A DNA stretch of 7,859 bases. Origin: a virus. Taxonomy: Duplodnaviria > Heunggongvirae > Uroviricota > Caudoviricetes. Made by a program: the position numbers and the translations under genes. The stretch lies in IMG/VR virus record IMGVR_UViG_2695420430_000010; one strand, 5' to 3'. The notes beneath the pieces are model-generated. The model made no database searches. It was given only the letters and a program-made list of their open reading frames with translations, and was not told the DNA's origin. This document shows positions 1-6,342 of this stretch, piece after piece (position 1 is the first letter of the stretch; the number at the start of each line of letters is the position of its first letter).

Positions 1-45
1 CGCCCGCTGACGGACTTCGGGGGAAAAACGAGTATTTTTAGTCAT
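1..45 (-). CDS. IS3-family transposase OrfA, first 15 codons only (partial, runs off the window)
   Basis: Minus-strand ATG at 45..43 translates to MTKNTRFSPEVRQRA; an AGGTAAACAGG-type Shine-Dalgarno region lies just upstream on the minus strand (plus coordinates about 50-60). Confidence 0.65.
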   Translation of the reverse strand, partial: MTKNTRFSPEVRQRA

Positions 46-99
46 CCTGTTTACCTCTTTCTCAGGGAGTTTAGTCTCCAGGATTTCCGGGGCGGTTCA
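1..99 (-). mobile_element. Terminal fragment of an IS3-family insertion sequence (IS629/IS1203-like): inverted-repeat end plus start of orfA; the element continues beyond the window start
   Basis: Reverse complement of 1..99 begins TGAACCGCCCCGG (typical IS3-family TG... terminus), followed about 55 nt later by an ATG opening MTKNTRFSPEVRQRA, which matches my recollection of the IS629-group OrfA N-terminus. Exact IS identity is unverified (needs ISfinder). Confidence 0.7.
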
Positions 100-101
100 G
101 C

Positions 102-728
102 ATGGAAAATAACCAAAGACACCCAAATTTTCCATCAAAGACACCCAAAAACGGATCACGGAACCCAAAGGAACCCAAAGTTCTAAACCCCACACATAAC
201 GCACGCGAGAGTGCTCTGACCAGTGAGCAGGAAGTTTTGTCGTTACAGGCAGTATTCCTGGATGGCCTGAGAGAACCCATCGGAAAATTTCTGATGACCG
301 ATAGCTGGCATCCGTCGCGGGATTTTCGACGACGGGCTGCGTTGTGGGGGATGGCTTTGCCGGAGCCGGAATTTACACCTGCTGAACTTGCCGCATTCCG
401 GGATTACTGGAGTGATGAGGGGAAAGTGTTTACGCAGATTCAGTGGGAGCAGAAATTCGCCCGTCACGTAAATCACGTCAGGGCGCAGGTTAAACCAGTC
501 AGCAAGGGGGTGAACCATGCAGCAGCACCAGGGGGCACCGCATCACGGGCAGTTCAGGAAATTCGGGCAGCACGTGAGCAGTGGGAACGTGAAAACGGAT
601 TTATCCGCGACGGAAACGGCGTGGAAGCTGTGGGAACTCATGGGGGAGGTTTATTCGAACCGCTGGACCCAGAAGAACGGGGCCGCACCTTCGAAGCTCT
701 GGATTGCACAGATTGGTGCGATGACTGA
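102..728 (+). CDS. Phage replication protein with DnaT-like C-terminal domain (occupies the lambda O position); probably 5'-truncated by the IS insertion
   Basis: Residues about 60-150 (nt about 279-551: GKFLMTDSWHPSRDFRRRAALWGMALPEPEFTPAELAAFRDYWSDEGKVFTQIQWEQKFARH) closely resemble the C-terminal region of E. coli primosomal protein DnaT as I recall it. The reading frame is open from the IS boundary (75..101), so the ATG at 102 is likely an internal Met. A P-like gene follows, as in lambda O-P. Confidence 0.6.
   Translation: MENNQRHPNFPSKTPKNGSRNPKEPKVLNPTHNARESALTSEQEVLSLQAVFLDGLREPIGKFLMTDSWHPSRDFRRRAALWGMALPEPEFTPAELAAFRDYWSDEGKVFTQIQWEQKFARHVNHVRAQVKPVSKGVNHAAAPGGTASRAVQEIRAAREQWERENGFIRDGNGVEAVGTHGGGLFEPLDPEERGRTFEALDCTDWCDD
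113..196. repeat. Iteron-like direct repeats with an ACCCAAA core (candidate remnant of a phage replication origin inside the O-like gene)
   Basis: CAAAGACACCCAAA at 114-127 and 136-149 (22-bp period); GAACCCAAAG tandem at 161-170 and 171-180; related AAACCCCACACA at about 185-196. In lambda the ori iterons lie within the O coding sequence at the interdomain linker. Confidence 0.45.
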
Positions 729-1182
729 GCAGCAAATCCGACAGGTCTGCCGCCAGTGCATGGACCGCTGCCGGGAGGGTGAAACATGGCCTCCGGACCT
801 GGCTGAGTTTGTGGCACTGATTTCGGAAAGCGGAGCCAATCCATTCGGTCTGACGGTGGATGCTGTGATGGAGGAGTACCGCCGCTGGCGCAATGAGTCC
901 TGGCGATACGACGGAAGTGATAAGTACCCGTGGTCTCAGCCTGTGCTGTATCACATTTGCCTCGAGATGCGTTCAAAGGGGGTTGAGCGCCAGATGACCG
1001 AAGGGGAATTAAAACGGCTTGCAGAACGGCAGCTGACGAAATGGGCAAAGCATGTTAGTAACGGCCTGAGCGTTCCGCCAGTCCGGCGACAACTGGCGGC
1101 ACCCAAACGCCCGTCGGGGCCAACGCCAATTGAGTTGCTGAAACAGGAATATGAACGCCGGAAAGCGGCTGGGCTTGTTTGA
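517..1182 (+). CDS. Lambda-P-like replication protein (DnaB helicase loader)
   Basis: 221-aa ORF. Strong SD (AAGGGGG at 504-510) six nt before ATG 517, which is the first codon after an in-frame TGA (511-513). Segments AMTEQQIRQVCRQ, YPWSQPVLYHICLEM and MTEGELKRLAERQLTKWAKHVSNG align in order with recalled lambda P segments (TTMEQVNAGMRVARRQ, YPWKSNAHYWLVTNL, LTDAELRRKAADELVHMTARINRG). An alternative start at ATG 721 (ATGACTGA overlap with the upstream stop) cannot be excluded. Confidence 0.7.
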   Translation: MQQHQGAPHHGQFRKFGQHVSSGNVKTDLSATETAWKLWELMGEVYSNRWTQKNGAAPSKLWIAQIGAMTEQQIRQVCRQCMDRCREGETWPPDLAEFVALISESGANPFGLTVDAVMEEYRRWRNESWRYDGSDKYPWSQPVLYHICLEMRSKGVERQMTEGELKRLAERQLTKWAKHVSNGLSVPPVRRQLAAPKRPSGPTPIELLKQEYERRKAAGLV

Positions 1183-1214
1183 GTTGAGAAGTAATTTTTA
1201 CCGGGAGGAAATTT

Positions 1215-1489
1215 ATGGAGACTGTTTTTGACGCACTGAAAGCAATGGGAAAAGCCACATCCATAGAACTTGCTGCGCGCGTGAAGAAGTGCTGAACGAA
1301 CTATGGGAACTGAAAAAGGCTGGTTTTGTTGATAAAAGCGCGTACACCTGGCGTGTGGCTGATAACAACGTTCAGCAGGAACAGCCAGCGCAGGCAGAAC
1401 TGCCGGAAGAAACCACCACAATGAGTGAAGTTATGCAGCGCATACTGGCATTTTATCAGGGAAATGTTCGATATTTTAGACGTTACTAG
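1215..1489 (+). pseudogene. Small ren-like gene interrupted by a -1 frameshift near 1281-1283
   Basis: ATG 1215 with an excellent SD (GGGAGG at 1203-1208) opens [26 protein letters not shown] then stops at 1293-1295. The -1 frame is open from 1232 and continues [25 protein letters not shown]... to the stop ending at 1489. The joined product (about 91 aa) loosely resembles lambda Ren (…ARAGLLVIEGKVWRT…) and sits where ren lies in lambda, immediately after P. Confidence 0.45.
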
Positions 1490-1861
1490 ATTAAAGAGCA
1501 TTAGTTCAGATGTGAATTGACATTGTGTGGCACAGGGTTGGGCTAGCGTGGGGGTTTGCTTTGTGTAAGAAACGGATGCTCTGCAAATTACTACTAATGC
1601 TTAATGTTAGTCTGATCTGCTCCCCGATGATTAATACACCGCTATGTTAGTAATGTCTGTAGATCGCTGTGTGTTGCATCCATCGGTTGACCCCACAGTC
1701 CAAACCAGACTGTCAGCTTTGATTCGATTCTATCTACTCAACCTGTCAGGTAATGTCTGAGCTAATACACAGAGTACGGCTATCGCGAACTTTAAGCTAG
1801 GTATCTGATACGCACCGTTCACTTGTTTGTACTTCTTGCACTGACTAGCTATCGTGCGCAG

Positions 1862-1890
1862 TTATTTATAGGTAATCTCCAGTGTATAAT
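1862..1890 (+). promoter_or_regulatory. Candidate sigma70 promoter with extended -10 (TGTATAAT) for the 281-aa gene
   Basis: TGTATAAT at 1883-1890; weak -35 TTATTT at 1862-1867 with 17-nt spacer; the start codon lies about 35 nt downstream, preceded by SD CAGGAGG (1917-1923). Confidence 0.35.
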
Positions 1891-1928
1891 TTTCCAACTT
1901 ATGGGAGATTGTAAAACAGGAGGAATAT

Positions 1929-2774
1929 ATGAGGAAAAAATCGTTTGGACGTTGCCCGTTTGATTTCGACGAAGATGTAAAAAAAATAGCCGCGATAAAT
2001 AAATATATCCATGCGAAATTTGAGAGGCATAAAAATAAAATAGATAACCTAAAGGGGGTGGAACAAAAATTGATGGTTTTACATTACTTTAATGTACTGA
2101 ATGAACTTAGTAATCAGGCTATATTTTCTTTGAGTACCGGAGCCTTTTCAGCATCGGAAGTATTAACTAGAGTTATAATGGAACAGGCTGCCAATCAATT
2201 TTATATAGCAATTGATGATGGAAAAAATGCACAAGCATTACTCAAGGGTAGTAAGAAATTAGTTCATAGTAATGGGAAACGGTGGCTGGAGTGTTTAAAA
2301 TCCAAAGAAATGACTAATCCAGCAGCAGATGAAAGGATTCGTATCGGAAAAGAGCTAACTGATATGTTTAATAGATTGTGGCCAAATACACCTGAATATC
2401 CTGGAACCAAAAAGCTTTTCGAAGTAATTGGCTGGGAAACACACTATCATGCCTATTACGTCCCTCTTTGTGATTCAATACATACATTCTCTGATGATAT
2501 GGCAAATATAGTATCTCTATATAATGCAATCCAAAGCGATAAAACTACTGCTATCGAACTCACTCTTGCAGTTAAACAAGAAAATAAACGGCTGGCAATT
2601 TATAATGTCGTAATTGCTATTGGCCTGCGGTGTGAGGCCTTAGTAAATGTATTTAACTCTTTAGGTTATCGAGATATTATAACTGAAATGGCGCCAACAA
2701 TAGATGCAGTCAACCAGATTATAATTCGATATGATGATTTCGAACATTCCAGAATTTTTATTGTCAATAATTAA
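1929..2774 (+). CDS. Hypothetical protein, 281 aa, function unknown (AT-rich cargo gene; possible HEPN-like Rx5H motif near the C-terminus)
   Basis: Long ORF in a strongly AT-rich stretch with a near-consensus SD (AGGAGG, 5-nt spacer) and an upstream extended -10 promoter. No family recognised by eye. C-terminal IIIRYDDFEHSRIF contains an R-x5-H spacing compatible with a HEPN RNase motif (speculative). Confidence 0.75.
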   Translation: MRKKSFGRCPFDFDEDVKKIAAINKYIHAKFERHKNKIDNLKGVEQKLMVLHYFNVLNELSNQAIFSLSTGAFSASEVLTRVIMEQAANQFYIAIDDGKNAQALLKGSKKLVHSNGKRWLECLKSKEMTNPAADERIRIGKELTDMFNRLWPNTPEYPGTKKLFEVIGWETHYHAYYVPLCDSIHTFSDDMANIVSLYNAIQSDKTTAIELTLAVKQENKRLAIYNVVIAIGLRCEALVNVFNSLGYRDIITEMAPTIDAVNQIIIRYDDFEHSRIFIVNN

Positions 2775-2879
2775 TTGGCAGAATTCGTACATGCACAACA
2801 ACTAGTTATAGTTGACCTATTTCGCTCTTGAGAGACAACCATACTCAAATCTTCCACATTGCAGGAGATTTGAGTATGA

Positions 2880-3396
2880 ATACGTCACCGAGGAACAAAG
2901 ACAGTATCATAGGCCCAAAAAGACCACTTCAGATATCTCATATCTGGGGGCTCCAAATCCGGCTTGAACTGGAAGGTAAAACGCGTGATTTAGCTCGGTT
3001 TCAAGCAGAGCTACGGTGCTGCAACTGAAAAACTGGCAGTCCTATCCAATTTGAGATAACCAAAGGGACAAGAGAAGCTGTTTCTGCATTGATAAAGCTT
3101 GGCAATTTACGCAGTAAAGACTACTTGTTCCGATCTCGGGTCGGTACTAACCAACACATATCAATCCTGCAATATAACCGAATCTTTCATAGGGGGGAGA
3201 AAAGCTTGGTCTCGAAGATTCGCTTTACAGCACACATTCCATGAGAAGAACAAAACCTTGCCTTGTCTGCAAGAAAACTAAGAATCTCCGGGTGATCCAA
3301 CTTCCGTTGGGCCATAAGAAAACGGAAAGCACAGTTCGTTATCTGGGTATAGAAGTTGATGATGCATTAGAGATCTCTGAATCGATCGAAGTCTAA
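2880..3396 (+). pseudogene. Degenerate tyrosine recombinase (phage-type integrase) catalytic-domain remnant, broken by an in-frame stop and a frameshift
   Basis: One frame reads ...GPKRPLQISHIWGLQIRLELEG...(stop at 3026-3028)...KTGSPIQFEITKGTREAVSALIKLGNLRSKDYLFRSRVGTNQHISILQYNRIFHRGEKSLVSKIRFTAHIP(stop). A second frame (3193..3396) reads ...STHSMRRTKPCLVCKKTKNLRVIQLPLGHKKTESTVRYLGIEVDDALEISESIEV(stop). Together these recapitulate the integrase box I (R), LFPS-like segment, HxxR, and LLGH...Y catalytic-tyrosine motifs in the right order. Confidence 0.5.
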
Positions 3397-3808
3397 AGCT
3401 GTCAGGGCTGCAGCAGCAGCCCTGTGCCAAGAGCGTACCAATATATGTCTCAAAAAATTGGGCACAGGTCAATATCAATACCAACAACTCTGATTGTGCT
3501 CATGTGATTTACTCCTGTAGAAAACGCAGACAGTAAAAATATTTCACTGGCTGCTTCAGACAGGGCGTCCATCATATCATTACATAACAATAGCGGGGCA
3601 CGATATCTAGACATGCAGCAACGATGGACATAGAATGAGTACAATCAAAAGCATGTTTAACTACTTTAATTTAAAAATCTTAGAATCTTAGGTGTAGAGT
3701 TCAATACTTAGTTACATACCCTTTTGAAAGCATCACAAATCATAACTATGAGCCTGTTAAAGGCATAGGTATTCTTAATTAAGAGCATTTTAATGAGAGA
3801 AAAATAAA

Positions 3809-5182
3809 ATGAAAAGACTATATTATACCCATCATGATAGTCGAACCTTAAAACTTGCTATAGAAGGTGATGTTTCTGATAATGCGAATATTTTTACAGT
3901 AATTGTAGGTAAAAATGGCGTTGGAAAAAGCAGATTGTTATCTCAGATTGCTAAAGACTGTATTCAAGATGTTCATTTCTTGAAAACTTTTAATCCATTA
4001 TTTGACAGAGAAATAACACCAAAGTTAATTGCCGTATCTACCAGCCCATTCGATAAATTCCCTCCAGGGCGTAGGTCATTAAATCACCAAAGGAAAGAAA
4101 ATAATTATCGCTATGTGGGTATGCGTGGAGAAGGCCCCTTCGGCGTATCAAATGCCGTATCCCTTTTATCTTCAGCAGCGAGAGGTTGGCTAGAGAAACT
4201 TGCTTATTCAGAAAATCCTGCAAATTTACTCGATGTTTTTCATTCTATTGATTTTGAGCCCCATATAGAGTTTGTATTTAAACCAACTTACAACGGACCG
4301 GACACTCCTGACTATAACTTCATTGGTGTATATTCAGATGAGATATTAACGGAAGTTAAGGAGTTATATTTAAAATACAATATAAAAATTGACAGGAAGA
4401 ATATTGAGAGTCTCTTAAAGTTAAACTCCGAATCACGTCATGATATTTACGAAGCACTGGTTGAAATTAATCGATTTGAACCTGAACGTAGGGCTGTAAC
4501 CTTGTCAGTCGATTTTACCAATGGTGAAACATTGGTTGGCTCGACTTATGCGAATAATTATTTTTCTAGATCAATTCTTAAACTTATGAACGCTGGCTTC
4601 ATGAGATTGATGGATATGCGACTCATAAAAAAAAGCTATGGTCCCATGTCACTTAAACGTGCGAGCTCGGGAGAACAATGTTTATTAGTGATGTTGCTTG
4701 GAATTGCAGGGCATATAACTGATGGTTCTATAATATTAATTGATGAACCGGAAATAAGCTTGCATCCTCGATGGCAGGAAGAGTTTATCATTATGTTAAC
4801 AAAAGCATTTTTAACTTACTCAGGTTGTCAATTCATAATTGCAACTCATTCACCACAAATAATATCCAATTTGCCGAATAAAGGTTGTTATATAACATCT
4901 TTGTCGAAAAGTTATCTTTATAAAGCAAAATACTTTAGCAACCGGTCTGCAGACTATCAACTTGCGGAACTATTTGATGCCCCTGGCATTATGAATGAAT
5001 ACATTGCCAGGTTAGCTTTCAATTTACTTTCAAAAGTTAAGACTGCTAAGTTAGTAACAGATGATAATTGGCGTGAATTAAAACAACTCCAACTTCTCCT
5101 TGAAAACGTTAATAGTAATGACCCTATTAATGAACTCGTAAATTCCGTATCTCAGGTGTGTGAAATTTATGCCAAAAATTAA
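3809..5182 (+). CDS. ptuA: ABC/OLD-type (AAA_15/21-like) ATPase, PtuA-like component of a Septu-type defence module
   Basis: 457-aa ORF, AT-rich. Walker A GKNGVGKS (K40 codon 3926-3928); signature-like SSGEQ; Walker B IILIDEPE (D312/E313 at 4742-4747); H-loop ATHSP (His codon 4847-4849). Immediately followed by, and overlapping, an HNH nuclease gene. Confidence 0.8.
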   Translation: MKRLYYTHHDSRTLKLAIEGDVSDNANIFTVIVGKNGVGKSRLLSQIAKDCIQDVHFLKTFNPLFDREITPKLIAVSTSPFDKFPPGRRSLNHQRKENNYRYVGMRGEGPFGVSNAVSLLSSAARGWLEKLAYSENPANLLDVFHSIDFEPHIEFVFKPTYNGPDTPDYNFIGVYSDEILTEVKELYLKYNIKIDRKNIESLLKLNSESRHDIYEALVEINRFEPERRAVTLSVDFTNGETLVGSTYANNYFSRSILKLMNAGFMRLMDMRLIKKSYGPMSLKRASSGEQCLLVMLLGIAGHITDGSIILIDEPEISLHPRWQEEFIIMLTKAFLTYSGCQFIIATHSPQIISNLPNKGCYITSLSKSYLYKAKYFSNRSADYQLAELFDAPGIMNEYIARLAFNLLSKVKTAKLVTDDNWRELKQLQLLLENVNSNDPINELVNSVSQVCEIYAKN

Positions 5183-5804
5183 AAATCCAATTAGATTCAG
5201 CGCAGAGTCATTAGATATTATTGAGAAAAAATTGTCTTCTCCAGATTTTAAGCATACCAACTGGGGAGATGATGATTTGCAAGTTCTCCGTGCAGAAATT
5301 AGAAATCATTACAGAGAAGAACAAAAGCTAGAATGTGTATATTGTCATGAGCCTATTGGGGTAAGAGCTGCACAAGCTGCTCCTATAGAGCATATTGTGC
5401 CAAAATCTCAATATCTATGTTTTATTTTTGAACCTAAGAATCTATGTGTAGTATGTCCTGACTGCAATGAATTCAAAGGTAAAAATGAAGTGTTATTTGA
5501 ACCCGTAATAAATGGGGGGCGGCGCAAAAACTATCCAACTGCATCTGCATCATTTCGCATCGTTCATCCACATATAGATGATTATGAGATGCATATTATA
5601 AAAGCAAATCGTGTTTATGTGGACAAAACACCTAAAGGGCACTATACCATTGGAATATGTAAACTAAATAGATTTTTTCATTATTTTGGGATGTGTGATG
5701 AATTTGTTAATGATGCAAAAATTGCTGAGGCAAATGAAAATTTTTTCAAAAAAGGTAGTATTACTACTAATGAATTATTGGATGATGACATTCATTTGAT
5801 TTAA
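5169..5804 (+). CDS. ptuB: HNH endonuclease, PtuB-like component of a Septu-type defence module
   Basis: Motif CVYCHEPIG...IEHIVPKS...N...CPDCNEFKGKN is a classic HNH (CxxC-H...H...N...CxxC) core. The ATG at 5169 overlaps the end of the ATPase gene by 14 nt (ATPase stop at 5180-5182), implying translational coupling. The ORF track's GTG at 5160 is a less likely start. Confidence 0.8.
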   Translation: MPKIKNPIRFSAESLDIIEKKLSSPDFKHTNWGDDDLQVLRAEIRNHYREEQKLECVYCHEPIGVRAAQAAPIEHIVPKSQYLCFIFEPKNLCVVCPDCNEFKGKNEVLFEPVINGGRRKNYPTASASFRIVHPHIDDYEMHIIKANRVYVDKTPKGHYTIGICKLNRFFHYFGMCDEFVNDAKIAEANENFFKKGSITTNELLDDDIHLI

Positions 5805-5913
5805 CTATGAATTATTATATTGTAAAGTAATCAGGTAAGATATGTTAGACAGTGAGACTATTGCCTTACAGAATTCATTATTCTTATGGATCGCCTTTCT
5901 GACTGATTTCATA

Positions 5914-5942
5914 TTGGCGGGGTAACGGGAGTTAAGTAGAAT
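5914..5942 (+). promoter_or_regulatory. Candidate promoter of the hok/mok mRNA
   Basis: TTGGCG (5914-5919), 17-nt spacer, TAGAAT (5937-5942). The predicted start lies just before the 5' element (5947-5960) that is complementary to the 3' end of the transcript. Confidence 0.35.
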
Positions 5943-5946
5943 GGCT

Positions 5947-5960
5947 GCGGGTGCTTGAGG
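5947..5960 (+). promoter_or_regulatory. 5' fold-back element of hok mRNA, complementary to 3' segment 6323-6337
   Basis: GCGGGTGCTTGAGG (5947-5960) against the reverse complement of CCTCAACGCACCCGC (6323-6337), which is GCGGGTGCGTTGAGG: near-perfect long-range 5'/3' complementarity, as in the fold-back-inhibition structure of hok-family mRNAs. Confidence 0.45.
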
Positions 5961-6060
5961 CTATCTGTCTCAGGCATGAACACCAAAGGCAGATAGAGAA
6001 AAGCCCCAGTTAACATTACGCGTCCTGCAAGACGCTTAACATTAATCTGAGGCCAATTTC

Positions 6061-6273
6061 ATGCTAGACACATGTAGGTTAGCCTCTTACGTGCCGGAAG
6101 GCAAGGAGAAGCAGGCTATGAAGCAGCAAAAGGCGATGTTAATCGCCCTGATCGTCATCTGTTTAACCGTCATAGTGACGACACTGGTAACGAGGAAAGA
6201 CCTCTGCGAGGTACGAATCCGAACCGGCCAGACGGAGGTCGCTGTCTTCACAGCTTACGAACCTGAGGAGTAA
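6061..6273 (+). CDS. Mok-like reading frame (in-frame N-terminally extended form overlapping hok; regulatory)
   Basis: ATG 6061 opens a 70-codon frame that contains hok in the same frame, comparable to chromosomal mokC/hokC as I recall them. A candidate antisense promoter sits over this start region. Confidence 0.4.
   Translation: MLDTCRLASYVPEGKEKQAMKQQKAMLIALIVICLTVIVTTLVTRKDLCEVRIRTGQTEVAVFTAYEPEE
6076..6104 (-). promoter_or_regulatory. Candidate promoter for a Sok-like antisense RNA
   Basis: On the minus strand: TTGCCT (plus 6104-6099), 17-nt spacer, TAACCT (plus 6081-6076). It would transcribe leftwards across the mok start/SD region, the usual Sok target. Confidence 0.3.
6118..6273 (+). 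CDS. hokD: Hok/Gef-family type I toxin (HokD/RelF-like small membrane peptide)
   Basis: 51-aa product MKQQKAMLIALIVICLTVIVTTLVTRKDLCEVRIRTGQTEVAVFTAYEPEE matches the Hok family and specifically my recollection of HokD (RelF). SD AAGGAG at 6103-6108. rem lies downstream, as in Qin. Confidence 0.85.
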   Translation: MKQQKAMLIALIVICLTVIVTTLVTRKDLCEVRIRTGQTEVAVFTAYEPEE

Positions 6274-6342
6274 GAGACCCGGCGAGGGAGAAATCCCTCG
6301 CCACCTCTGATGTGGCAGGCATCCTCAACGCACCCGCACTTA

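Noticed and set aside
71-518. Minus-strand ORFs 71-280 and 243-518
   Set aside because: They overlap the IS end and the O-like gene on the opposite strand, with no family resemblance and no RBS; the plus-strand DnaT-like reading is far better supported.
601-1421. Minus-strand ORFs 601-954, 638-1048, 651-893, 951-1421 and 1055-1264
   Set aside because: They lie antisense to the GC-rich P-like and ren-like coding sequence, lack convincing SD or start contexts, and have low-complexity Arg/Pro/Ser-rich translations typical of spurious antisense frames in GC-rich DNA.
1301-1501. Minus-strand ORF 1301-1501
   Set aside because: Antisense to the ren-like frame, no start context, no recognisable product.
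1517-1549. Perfect TTGACA hexamer at 1517-1522 as a promoter -35
   Set aside because: No acceptable -10 hexamer at 16-19 bp spacing (the best candidate, TAGCGT, is 21 bp away), so I did not call a promoter.
2843-2874. Inverted repeat CTCAAATCT/AGATTTGAG downstream of the 281-aa gene as a terminator
   Set aside because: Long 13-nt loop and no following T-run; not convincing as an intrinsic terminator.
2828-3281. Track ORFs 2828-3028 and 3099-3281 as independent small genes
   Set aside because: They read better as fragments of a decayed tyrosine recombinase; neither has a convincing RBS.
3278-3644. Minus-strand ORFs 3278-3487 and 3450-3644
   Set aside because: Short, overlapping each other and the integrase remnant or ptuA upstream region, Cys/His-rich odd composition, no RBS; most likely noise.
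4038-5260. Minus-strand ORFs 4038-4223 and 5078-5260 inside the ATPase gene
   Set aside because: Antisense to a strongly supported ATPase CDS; short; typical AT-rich antisense frames.
1644-5848. Shared 8-mer TATGTTAG near both island edges (1644-1651 and 5841-5848) as a possible att direct repeat
   Set aside because: An 8-bp match between two roughly 400-bp regions is expected by chance; there is no longer flanking identity.
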